Source: an uncultured Acidobacteriota bacterium (GTDB taxonomy: Bacteria; Acidobacteriota; Terriglobia; UBA7540). From it: a DNA stretch of 64,000 bases. Position numbers and translations under genes: made by a program. Of the stretch, positions 52,132 through 63,100 are shown piece by piece. Position 1 is the stretch's first letter. Every line of letters starts with the position of its first letter. The stretch is from contig CAWDSK010000003.1 of assembly GCA_963804995.1 (NCBI GenBank), positions 864,001 to 928,000 on the forward strand. Reading direction: 5' to 3'. The notes under the pieces are model-generated. The model was not told the origin of the DNA, searched no databases, and saw only the letters and a program-made list of their open reading frames with translations.

Positions 52132-53505
52132 ATGAAACCCTATCGATGGTGCGGGGTGTTGCTCACTGTCATGGTGTTGGCAACGCACCCTGGGCGGGCA
52201 GATGAGCCCAAGCTACCGCGCGTGGAATTCACCGATCAGAAATTGGAAAACGGCCTGCGCGTGATTATTGCAGTCGATCGCACCGCCCCGGTCTTTGGCA
52301 TTTCGGTCACTTACAACGTGGGATCGCGCAACGAGCGGCCGGGCCGTACAGGTTTCGCGCATCTGTTCGAGCACATGATGTTCCAGGGTTCGGAGAACGT
52401 GGGCAAGGGCGAACACTTCATCCTCATCTTCAACAATGGTGGCAACATGAACGGCACCACCAACGAGGATCGCACCAACTATTTCGAGTCGCTGCCAAAG
52501 AATCAGTTGGACCTGGCGCTGTTTCTGGAAAGCGACCGCATGCGCTCCCTAGCCGTCAACCAATCCAATCTCAACAATCAGCGCAACGCGGTGCAGGAAG
52601 AGCGCCGGCTCGGTGAAGACAACCAGCCCTATGGCCACGCCTACCTGGATATCGATAACCTCGCTTACGACAACTTTGCCTACAAGCATTCCACGATCGG
52701 CGAGATGACTGACTTGAACGCGGCATCGGTAGCCGATGTGAAGGATTTCTTCCGCATCTACTACGCGCCGAACAATGCGGTGCTGACGCTGGTGGGCGAT
52801 CTTGACCCCGCCGAAGCTCTGGAAAAGGTGAGGAAGTATTTTGGCACCATCCCTTCCCAGCCTGCACCCCCACCCGTGGACATGACGGAACCACCTCACT
52901 ACGGCGAGCGGACGGAGACCATCATGGACCCGTTGGCCCGTACCCCGCTGGTGCTGATGGCGTATCACATTCCGGCCGGCAACACGCCGGACAACTACGC
53001 CATGCGCGTGCTGGCGAGTGTCCTCGCCCAGGGAGAGAGCTCGCGGCTCTATCAGCATTTGGTGAAGGAGAAGCAATTCGCCACGCGGGTCTTTGTGCAG
53101 GCCGATACCCGGCGCGGCCCGAGCCTGTTGTACCTATACGCCTTCCTGCGGCCGGGCGTGAAGCCGGCAGATTGCGAAAAGGTGTTCCAGGATGAGATCG
53201 CCTCCGTGCAGAAGGACGGCATTACGCCGCAGGAGCTCGAAAAGGCCCGCATCCAATTCCTGCGGCAACAGATTCAGAGCCGCCAGACGGATCTCGGCAC
53301 CGCCATGCAAATTGGGCAGTATACGGTTTACTTCGATGACCCGAACCTGATCAATACCATCGTGGACAAGTTTGATGCCGTAACCGCGGACCAAGTGAAA
53401 GAGGCAGCCCGGAAGTATTTGGTCCCGGAGCAACTCGCGGTGATCACGGATCTGCCAGCGGCGCGACAGGGCCAAGCGGCGCAAAAGCACGAGGAGGGAA
53501 AATAG
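52132..53505 (+). CDS. M16 (pitrilysin-family) zinc peptidase, catalytic subunit
   Basis: GFAHLFEHMMFQG (HxxEH), NGTT..DRTNY, YAPNNAVL; signal peptide. Confidence 0.92.
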   Translation: MKPYRWCGVLLTVMVLATHPGRADEPKLPRVEFTDQKLENGLRVIIAVDRTAPVFGISVTYNVGSRNERPGRTGFAHLFEHMMFQGSENVGKGEHFILIFNNGGNMNGTTNEDRTNYFESLPKNQLDLALFLESDRMRSLAVNQSNLNNQRNAVQEERRLGEDNQPYGHAYLDIDNLAYDNFAYKHSTIGEMTDLNAASVADVKDFFRIYYAPNNAVLTLVGDLDPAEALEKVRKYFGTIPSQPAPPPVDMTEPPHYGERTETIMDPLARTPLVLMAYHIPAGNTPDNYAMRVLASVLAQGESSRLYQHLVKEKQFATRVFVQADTRRGPSLLYLYAFLRPGVKPADCEKVFQDEIASVQKDGITPQELEKARIQFLRQQIQSRQTDLGTAMQIGQYTVYFDDPNLINTIVDKFDAVTADQVKEAARKYLVPEQLAVITDLPAARQGQAAQKHEEGK

Positions 53506-53507
53506 TC

Positions 53508-54999
53508 ATGACAACCAAGCGTGAATTCTCGCTGTTCCTAACCCTGTTGGCCGCGCTGGCGGTGGCGTTGCCCGCCTTCGCGCAAGAACAGCACGAAGCT
53601 GAACTGTCCAAGGTGGTCCGCCTCAACCGCGCCCCCGTGAGCAACGAAGTCCTCGAGGTGCATCTGCCCCGGCCCGTGGTGACCAAGCTCCCGAACGGGC
53701 TGACGGTTCTGGTGATCGAGCGGCACAAGCTGCCCACGGTCAACTTCATGCTCTGGATTGGAGCTGGCGACATGTCTGATCCCCAGGAGATGCCGGGTCT
53801 CGCCAGCTTCACGGCTGAGATGCTTCGCGAGGGCACTGCGCATCGGACGAGCGCACAACTCTCGGCAGAGATCGACGCCCTCGGCGCTTCGCTCAATGCC
53901 TCTTCCGACTTCGGCTCCACCAATTCCTCCCTGTCGGCATCAGGTCTCGCGCCGAGTGCCGAGCACATTTTGGAATTGATGAGCGACGTCGTGCTGAATC
54001 CCACCTTCCCCGCCGACGAGCTGGAAAAGTACAAGCAGCGCCAGCTATCGGATCTCGAGCAGGTGCGGTCCCGCCCCGCGGAGCTGGCGCAAGAGAGGTT
54101 CCATCAGGCCCTCTACCGTGAGTTCCCTGCTGCGGTTACCTTGCCCACGCCGGAATCCATCAAGGCCGCCACGCCGGAGCGGTTGAAGGAATTCCATGAC
54201 CATTACTACGTTCCTGGCAACGCCATACTGGGCGTCGTCGGTAACGTCAAACAAGAAGAGATCATGGGACTCATCCGCAAGAGTTTCGGCGGTTGGAAAG
54301 GCCAGCCCGTAACCAAACAGGATTGGAGCCATCTGCCGCCGCCCGCTCCCGCCAAAATCTACCTCGTGGACCGGCCCGACTCCGTGCAGACGAACATCGT
54401 CGCTGGAGACTACGGGGCGCGGCGCACCGATCCGGACTACATCGCGCTTTATGTGATGAACCGGGTGCTCGGCGGTGGTCCGCAGGCGCGCCTGTTTCTG
54501 AACCTGCGTGAGGTGCACGGGTACACCTACGGCGCCTATAGCAGTGTGGGAGATGACAAGTACCGGGAAGCCTGGGCGGCCAACACGGAGGTGCGCAACG
54601 CCGTGACGGACGGCTCGCTCGAGCAGTTGATGCTGGAGTTCAAGCGCATCCGTGACGAGAAGGTGCTCGATACTGAACTGGACGAAGCGCGCCATTCGAT
54701 CGTGGCGAACTTCGCACTCTCTCGAGCAGCAACAGCAACTGCTGTCGCGCTGGATGCTGGTCGAGGACTATGGTCTACCCAAGGATTATTGGGACCGCTA
54801 CCCGGTGGAAGTGGCCCACACCACTGCGGACGCTGTGCAGGCCGCGGCCCGTAAGTACGTCGACCTCGAGCATCTGCAAATCGTTTGCGTGGGCGATGCC
54901 AAGCAGCCTGGGAACGATCAGAAGCAGGCCATCCGGGAAGTGCTGAAGAAGTATGGGACCGTGGAAGTTTACGATACGAATGGAAAGAAGGAGGAGTAA
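53508..54999 (+). CDS. M16 peptidase partner subunit lacking HxxEH; frameshift near 54720
   Basis: LPNGLTV, LGGGPQARLFLNLREVHGYTYGAYS; C-terminus continues in the 54652-54999 frame. Confidence 0.88.
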
Positions 55000-55193
55000 G
55001 GACGGGCCATGGTTTCAGCGCTGCTCACCAGTAAAGCAGAGGGCTCGCGGCGTCCGAGTTGCGTATATACCGCAAACCTGGACAGCCCCGAGCCCTTCCA
55101 GCCACTACGATCCTCTTGAGCAGCTTTACAACTTAGGAAATACTCCCGGCAATATACCCTCATCTGATTCTTGCCGGGAGCGTTAATTCCCCG

Positions 55194-56576
55194 CTAACTA
55201 ACCAGTTCGGCGGAGTACTTCTGAACTTTCACAAAAGCCTCAACGATGTCGTCCATATCCTTACGGGGTCCCGACAATACCCAGTGATTGAAACCCAGGT
55301 TCGTGTCGCAGTATTCGTCGTTGTGGGGGCACTTGTTCTGTTCGCGGTACTTATCCAAACGCTCTTTCGAATAGATCCTTTGGAAACCCCGTGAGTTGAA
55401 ATTGGCTTCCAGGTAGGGTTCGCGATTGATGGCCACCGAGTAATTGCTCGTGTGCACCCCTTCTAACGCCAGGGCGTGCGCAAACTGTTCGCGCGTGGCG
55501 CCACTGAAGTGCTTGGGGTCATAACGGAAGCCATACCACCAGTAGTTCTGGCGGGTGACCTCCGCGTAACGCTTCTGCGGGATAATGCCGGGCACGTTCT
55601 TCGCCAACTGTTCGTTCAGATACAGGGCATTCTTCTCACGCGTGAGGATGTTCTGGTCCAGCCGAGTTAACTGCGCCAACAGCAGGGCCGGAACCAGGTC
55701 GGAAATCCGGAATTTGGTGGCGCGGATATGACAGTTGTTCGGCCGGTGGTCGTTGGGATCCATACCGAAATTGCGATAACTATAGGCTTTGGCGATCAGG
55801 TCCTCGCGGTTGCTGATCATCATTCCGCCCTCACCGCCCGGCATCAGTTTGCTCTGGTTGAAACTGAAGCAGCCCATCACTCCCATGCTGCCGGCTTTCT
55901 TGCCTTTCCACTCCGCCCCGTGGGCCTGGCAAGCATCTTCGATTACCGGAATGTTGTGCTTCTTGCCGATGGCCAGAATCTTGTCCATATGGGAAACACC
56001 ACCAAAGATGTGAACCGGGATGATGGCGCGGGTGTTTTCGGTAATGCGATGCTCGATGTCCTCGGGGTCCATGTAAGCTGAGTCGAGTTCAGTATCCACA
56101 AACACCGGCAGCGCGTAGGTCATGAGCGTGGCGCAGGCGGTGGCCACGGCCGTCATGGGAGAGAGCAGGACTTCGTCGCCCGGGCCAACGCCCAAAAGCT
56201 CCAAAGACATGTTGAGGGTGTGCGTCCCACCCGTCGTCATCACCGCGCCGGTTGTTCCCATGTACTGGGCAAAAGCCTTTTCGAACTTGGGGCCAAATTC
56301 CCCATCGTAGCTGCACCAGTGGTTGCTCCTGACTGCCTTGAGGACATATTCCTCGTCAATAGCCGCCGATTGCGGCCAGGTCGGAAACGGCGTGGTGCGA
56401 ACCGCGGTGCCGCCCTTCAGAGCCAGGGCGTTGGGATTCCCGGTGACAGAGGGAGCACTATTCCTCGCGGGGCTGCCGCTTGCCGATGTAACTTTATGCG
56501 CGGCCACACCAGCGACCGCAAGACCTGCCGTCGTCTTTCCCAAGAACTCCCGTCGGGTCAAATCTTTGTTCTTCAT
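55194..56576 (-). CDS. Tat-exported DegT/DnrJ/EryC1/StrS PLP aminotransferase
   Basis: LTRREFLG leader; IEDACQAHGA, FSFNQSKLMPGGEGG. Confidence 0.9.
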   Translation of the reverse strand: MKNKDLTRREFLGKTTAGLAVAGVAAHKVTSASGSPARNSAPSVTGNPNALALKGGTAVRTTPFPTWPQSAAIDEEYVLKAVRSNHWCSYDGEFGPKFEKAFAQYMGTTGAVMTTGGTHTLNMSLELLGVGPGDEVLLSPMTAVATACATLMTYALPVFVDTELDSAYMDPEDIEHRITENTRAIIPVHIFGGVSHMDKILAIGKKHNIPVIEDACQAHGAEWKGKKAGSMGVMGCFSFNQSKLMPGGEGGMMISNREDLIAKAYSYRNFGMDPNDHRPNNCHIRATKFRISDLVPALLLAQLTRLDQNILTREKNALYLNEQLAKNVPGIIPQKRYAEVTRQNYWWYGFRYDPKHFSGATREQFAHALALEGVHTSNYSVAINREPYLEANFNSRGFQRIYSKERLDKYREQNKCPHNDEYCDTNLGFNHWVLSGPRKDMDDIVEAFVKVQKYSAELVS

Positions 56577-56863
56577 CTGAATCTCCTCCATTCGAGCGGC
56601 ACTCTGGGCCGCGGTTCCATGGCTTCATATTGGGGGATCATCCACTCAGGCGGGGCTGGGCTCCAACTATGCAATCCTTGCGTGTAAAGGCCTTGAAATG
56701 CCGCACCCTGGTGCAACGTCGCGAATCGTATTGGACCCTCAGTAGGCAAAAACGGTGAGCCGGCGAAACTTTCTGAATTATGTTGCGAGCAGCCATGTCC
56801 CCGAACAGAGACTGCTCCCTTGCTTTCCCTAAGTGGAATATCCACTACCAATTTTGATTTGGG

Positions 56864-56879
56864 GCACACCATGTGCCAA
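56864..56879 (-). promoter_or_regulatory. Candidate sigma-54 (-24/-12) promoter
   Basis: Minus strand TTGGCAC-ATGGT-GTGC, ~290 bp upstream of the aminotransferase; one mismatch at -12. Confidence 0.4.
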
Positions 56880-57299
56880 ACTTTTACTCCAAGCCATCGC
56901 TTAAAACCAAAAGGTGAGAAGCTAGATTGCACGGCTAAGTTGCTTGTTTTCAATGGGAACACCCGTAGCTTACGGAATTCTTGTAAGGGAAGGCCGCAAG
57001 TTGGCAAAATCCTGGACTTAGCGGACCGGTCGCAGTCTGGCCAGTGTGTCGCCTCACGCAGCACCAAGCTTGCCCCGAACATGGAAGCATTTGTCCCCCA
57101 CACTTGGAGGAATCATAGACGAGACTCGCGGGTAGATCAGAAAGAGGACATTTAGTATACTGCGGGAAATGGTCGCATCGTTCCAACTTCTGTGATTAAT
57201 GTTGAAAGTGGGGCATTGCAGGGCTGTAGTATGTTGTAAAGGCTCTACCAACTCAGCCAGCGCGGCCAGGCCCAGGTGGCGCGCCTCCGGGAGGCAAGC

Positions 57300-57662
57300 A
57301 TGGCAACATCCCAGGTAGTGAAAGTACGGTTGAGCATTGGATTCTGGATTATCGCGATTCTTACCGCCCTCGTTACCTGGGGCGTGATGGGTATCTTCTT
57401 CTTTTGGGTGTCCCGCTCCTGGGTGGGATCTCTTGACGACGAGGGCCTGACCTTGCGTAATGGAAAGCGCTTCTTGTGGAAAGACCTGATCAGCGTGCGC
57501 GCGGTTGCGGTGCGCCACACCACCGGCATCCGCCTCACCGGCCGCGTGGAACTCAGTTTCTATACGGGCCCGAAAATACGCATCGTGCCCTTCTCAACCG
57601 GGAACAGCAATGAAGTGCTGGCATTTCTGAGTTCCCAAGTTGGATCCAAAGTAAGCGTCTAG
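57300..57662 (+). CDS. Small membrane-anchored hypothetical protein
   Basis: GGGAGG RBS; N-terminal hydrophobic hairpin then LDDEGLTL...FLWKDLISV beta-rich domain. Confidence 0.65.
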   Translation: MATSQVVKVRLSIGFWIIAILTALVTWGVMGIFFFWVSRSWVGSLDDEGLTLRNGKRFLWKDLISVRAVAVRHTTGIRLTGRVELSFYTGPKIRIVPFSTGNSNEVLAFLSSQVGSKVSV

Positions 57663-57663
57663 T

Positions 57664-58290
57664 GAGTCGGGAGATCGGGAGATCGGTTGATCCGGCGATC
57701 GGGTGATCGGCCGATTTGTGAATGGTGATTCGTGATTGGCGATTTTCGAAGTCGGCATTTGATTCATCTTCTCACCTGACACCGCCGATAACCGAAGCGG
57801 GGGAGTGTGGGCCGGCGGGGGCTGAGGATCGGGAGATCGGGTGATCTGGAGATCGGGTGATCGGGTCATTTGTGAATGGCGATTGGTGATTGTCGATTTT
57901 CGATGTCCGCATTTGATTCATCTTCTCACCTGAGGCCGCCGATAACCGATTTGGGGGAGTGTGGGGCGGCCGCGTCAGACAATCGGGTGATTTGATCATC
58001 GGTCCATGGCGAAAGTTCATAGCCCTCTCTCGGGGGAGAGGGTGGACCGCCGCCGGCGTACTCACCAGCCGGGGCGGGACGGGCCTACGCCCACCGAAGG
58101 GGCACTTGGAAACTGTAAACAACTTCGGCTCCGGCCCGCAGGCGGGTGAGGGGTCAAGCCGCTTGTCACGGGCCACTGAATTTGCCTCATCCCTGGCGTC
58201 GAACCCGCCGATAACCGAAGCGGGGGAGTGCGGGCTGCCGGGGGCTGAGGATCGGGAGATGCGGTGATCCGGAGATCGGGTGATCGAATG
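57664..58290. repeat. Composite repeat tract: 8-mer CGGGWGAT runs, a 154-bp duplication and a REP core
   Basis: CCGCCGATAACCGA..GGGGGAGTG at 57782, 57936 and 58205; REP core at 58020-58153. Confidence 0.8.
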
Positions 58291-58650
58291 ATAGGAGCAG
58301 CAAGTTACTGCCAGGCTCCGGTCGGCCGAATTGAGCTCATGTTCCTGTGCCGTCCATCCGATTACTGATGTGGGGAAGTGCGTCACGGCCGGGCGATTTT
58401 CGGTAGATGGGGTTCGTGGCTCGCCGCGGGGCTTCCGGGCCGTTGCGGTTTTCTGTCCCCGCCGTGACAACCGGTGGCCGAGGTAGGGGGCTGCGGCGGG
58501 TCGGTTGGGGCAGCGGGCCTCACCGCTTTTGACCTCCCGTCCAACGCCTGTCGCGCCTTCCAGCTTCGCTCCGAACATCACGTCACCCGTTCCTTTAAGC
58601 CCTCTTCTCGCCGGAGGGTTACTTCTTTCCTCGTCCCTGTCATCTTCAGT

Positions 58651-59032
58651 AACTCCATATATTTTCATGAACATATTGGCATACCGCCTATAACTAGTTT
58701 CTTTTCATCAACATCTTGGCCTGCCCCAAAACGGTCATTTTTTCTACATGTGTTTTCAACAACATATTGGCAGTTACCTTCATATTTCCCCCCCGCGTTT
58801 TTCGTGACCCTATTTCCACAGAAATCAATTAACTCTTCTTGTTTCAATTAGATGGATTTATGCCAAGTTTCCTCCCTCCATCGTTAAACCCTTTTATTTC
58901 TGTAACATATTGGCCTATTGCCCCGTGTAAGTTCCCGCAGATTCGATTACTCTTCTCTTTTCAATGAGATACATTTTGCAAGGTTTTGCTTCTTTTCCCT
59001 AACCCCTTTCCTTTCCGAGACATATTGGCATA
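58651..59032 (+). repeat. Array of seven AT-rich ~30-bp direct repeats
   Basis: Five units end TTTC-N4-ACATMTTGGC; two are ACTCTTCT..TTTCAAT.AGAT. Confidence 0.75.
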
Positions 59033-60148
59033 GGGTCGTGAACCAACGTGATGCCGACGTGACGGAATCCATCCCGATCCTATCGGGACGCCCACCTTGG
59101 GCGAGGTGAACTCGCCGTTACGCCCTCCATTTGACCACCACCTTCCGCCCGTCTGGGGAGCCTGATCGGGGGCAGGCTGGCGCATAGCGAGCTCAGCTAT
59201 GCGATCCACGTCAATCACCGCAGCCAGCGAATGATTCGTCCGTCTTGAGCATGCTTGATCCACACTAAATCGCAGGGCTGCGCTCGCCCTGCGCCAGCCC
59301 CCGATAACCGATACGGGGAAGTGTTCGGGGAGGGCTCTAAAGGTCGGCGCTGGTTCGCCCCGATTTATGGTGTAATCCGCGTATTTTCGGCCCACAATCC
59401 CGATCGATTGCCCTCCATAGTCGCAAAACTCGGGAATATTCTGCAAAAAGCCTGAACAATAGCCTGACAAATTGTCACCCTCTCCTGTGTTTTCATACAC
59501 ATCCCCGGAGGTTCCTTCATTTTTAACATCTCTACGGGTCAGTGCCTCTTCCCGGACGTTTGTCGGCGTGTTCGTGAAGCATGGCAGACCCCCGATCTTG
59601 GGGTCCGCGGTTCTTCGAGGGCTGCCTGGACACATCAGGGCGCTAATCTTCCTCACCTCTATTGTGCTCTTAGTCGACTGGCCTATGTCAATAGGCAATG
59701 TATGTGTTTGGGCTACCGGTAGCCCAAAAATGCAAGGCGGGCAGCAAATTGTCCGAAAAAAGGTGGCAGGGGCACTCTTGGCTGTGTCGATATGCTCGAA
59801 CATCGAGCCGCATTCACAGGCAGGAGTGCCTGTGCTACCGTGCGGGCTCGGCGCTACTTGTGCTGAGGATAGCCGCTTGTATCTACCCTGTGCTCTTCCA
59901 TGGGTCGAACCAACACGCCGAAAGCTGACGCGTAGTGATTCAATTTGGCGCCGTAGCGGCGAGTTTACCTCGCCATTGGCGGCGTCCCGATAAGGCCGGG
60001 ACAGGCTTCGCCGCCTCGATATGAAACTGAATCTCCACACAAATCATCGCTGGACATATTAATAAGTGCTAAGATAAACCCCGTCGAGAAGCTAGACTCT
60101 TGCCAGGCCAGTCAGTCAGCCACACCGCCACCCCGTGAGGAGGTGTGC

Positions 60149-63100
60149 ATGTTTCACACGCCTCGCGACTTCGGCGCCCGCAAGGCCCCTCTTAGCCCAC
60201 AGGCCGCCTGCGTCCTAATCGGATTAATGCTCGGGTTTCTGATATTGGAAACGAACCCGAACCTTCCAGGCAACCAGCCTTCATCACCGTCTGCTGCTTC
60301 CCCCACTCGCCTGGTGGCGAACTACGGAAAACTACCCTTGAGCTTTGAAGTTAACGAAGGGCAAACGGATCGAGCCGTGAAGTTCCTCTCGCGAGGAAGC
60401 GGCTATCGATTGTTTCTCACCGGCGATGAGGCAGTGCTGGCGCTGAACAAGTCGTCAGTTGTCAGTGGTCAGTCGTCAGTAGGAACGAAACTGAAGCCAG
60501 GAATCGGAGTTCGAGAGTCAATCGCCCAGCCTAGGCAGGGGACAACAGACCACCGACCGCGGACCACGACCAGCGTTCTGCGGATGCGCTTGGTGGGCGC
60601 GAATGCAGCCGCAAAGACGGTGGGCCAAGAGGAGCTGCCCGGCAAGGTCAACTATTTTCTCGGCAATGATCCCAAGAAGTGGCGAACGAACGTACCGACC
60701 TACGCGCAGGTGAAGTATCAGGACATTTATCCCAGCATTGACTTGGTTTATTACGGCAACGAGGGCGGACAATTGGAGTACGACTTTGTGGTTGCGCCGG
60801 GCGCAGACCCCGGAGCAATTCGGTTCGCTCTCAGCGGGGGGCTGGAAGTAGGGCAGTCGGCAGTAGGCAGCGGGATACCCGACCAGAAACTCAAAATCCA
60901 AGGTCTAACATCCAAAATCGAATCGACCGGCGACCTGGTGATCGAAACCGCTGGTCGAGACATACGCCTCCATATGCCGTTGGTGTATCAAAGCCCATCG
61001 GTGGGTGGGCAACGGACAACTGACAACGGACTACGGACAGTTGATTGCCATTACGTGCTTACGGCGTCAAACCAAATCCGCTTCGCACTAGGCGCTTACG
61101 ACCGCACCAAACCCCTGGTCATCGACCCTGTGCTTAGTTATTCGACCTACCTGGGCGGCAGCATTTTTGGCTATAGCAACGGCATCGCTGTCGACTCCTC
61201 CGGCAACGCCTACGTGACCGGATTTACCCTGTCGCCCGACTTTCCCACCGTCAACCCGTTACAGGCCACGTACGCTGGGTCCTTGAGCGGAGACAGTTAC
61301 GACGTTGGCGACGTAGTTATAACAAAATTGAACGCAACTGGTTCGGCATTGGTCTACTCCACCTACCTGGGCGGCAGTGGTAACGACACTGGCTACGGTA
61401 TTGCCGTCGATTCCTCCGGCAACGCCTATGTAACAGGCTATACCACGTCGCCCGACTTTCCTACCGTCAACCCCTTGCAGGCTACCTTAATTGAGGGCTC
61501 AGATGCGTTTGTGGCGAAGTTGAATACCACTGGCTCAGCCCTGGTCTACTCCACCTACCTGGGCGGCAGTCCCTTCGACACCGGCTACGGCATCGCCGCC
61601 GATTCCTCTGGCAACGCCTACGTGACGGGCCAGACCTACTCAACCGACTTCCCGACCGTGAACCCGTTGCAAGCGACTTTGCAGGGTAACAGTAACGCGT
61701 TTGTGACCAAGTTGAATGCAGTCGGCTCGGCGGTCTACTCAACCTACCTGGGCGGCGGTGGTGACCGGGGCAACGGCATCGCCGTCGATTCCTTCGGCAA
61801 CGCCTACGTGGTGGGAAGTACTATCTCAAGCGATTTCCCCACCGTTAACCCGCTGCAGGCGACTAACCTGGGGGGTACGGTTACAGTGTTTGTGGCCAAG
61901 TTGAATGCCACCGGCTCGGCCCTGGTGTATTCCACTTACCTGGGCGGCAGCATGCGTGACTATGGCAACGGCATCGCGGTCGACTCCTCCGGCAACGCCT
62001 ATGTGACGGGAGAAACTTTCTCAACCGACTTCCCAACCGTTAACCCAATTCAAGCCACTTGCGGTGCCCCTCACTTAGGCTGCGATGACGCGTTTGTGGC
62101 GAAGTTGAATGCCGCCGGCTCCGCCTTGGTCTACTCCACATTCCTGGGCGGCACTTCGGCTAATGGCGGCGGCAACCCCGGCCTCGGCGGCAACGCCTCC
62201 ATCAATGAGGGGGCCGGCATCGCCGTCGATTCCTCCGGCATTGCCTACGTGACGGGGTCCACTGTTTCGCTCACCTTCCCGATCGCTAGCCCGATCCAAG
62301 CCACGTGCGGTAGCTGCGAGGGCGTGTCGACCGCGTTTGTGGCGAAGTTGAATGCTGCTGGCTCGGCGCTGCTCTACTCCACCTACCTGGGCGGCAGCCT
62401 CAACGATCAGGGATTCGGAATCGCCGCCGACTCCGCTGGCAACGCCTATGTGACAGGTCTGGCCACGTCGACCAACTTCCCGGTTACGCCGGGAGCCTTC
62501 CAGCCCACGCTGCATTCGGGGGACTTGTGCGGAGGCGCTTACATTACCCCCTGTACCAGTGCCTTTGTGGCCAAGCTCTCACCCGCGCCGTATACAAACC
62601 TTTCCGGCAGTAGCTTGAGTTTCGGAAGTGTGCTTGTCGACGCAACGAGCCCCACACAAAGTGTGGTTTTGACCGCTGGCGGCGACGCTCAGTTGAACCT
62701 CACCAGCATTACCGCCAGTGGTGACTTTGCGCTCGTCACTACCGGCACCTCCTGCCCTTATGGGGGCGGGCCTATAGCATTCCAAGCCACGTGCACGATC
62801 GATGTCTCGTTCAAGCCGACGGCGACCGGAAATCGTACTGGCACGGCGACGATCACCGACAATGCCCCTGGTAGTCCCCACTTGATCCAATTGAGTGGTA
62901 CGGGGATTGTAAGTGCGCCCAATATTTCGCCTATGAGTTTGAGCTTTAGCGGCCAGTTGGTTGGAACCTCCAGCGCTTCCCAACCCGTTACCTTCACCAA
63001 CACCGGCCCGGTGGCGCTGAACATCAGCAGTCTGACGATCTCGGGCGGCTGGACGCAAAGCAATAATTGCCTGCCTTCCGTTGCCGCCAACGCGAGTTGC

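Noticed and set aside
56573..57103. 176-aa ORF upstream of the aminotransferase
   Set aside because: Atypical composition, overlaps promoter-like motifs, no recognisable domain.
58651..59032. Possible CRISPR array
   Set aside because: Repeats are degenerate and of two subtypes, spacing is irregular (~41-89 bp), some spacers resemble each other, and no cas genes are present.
57772..60040. Long minus-strand ORFs 57772-58674 and 58961-60040
   Set aside because: They read through REP, octamer and motif repeats, give low-complexity peptides and show no recognisable domain; probably not genes.
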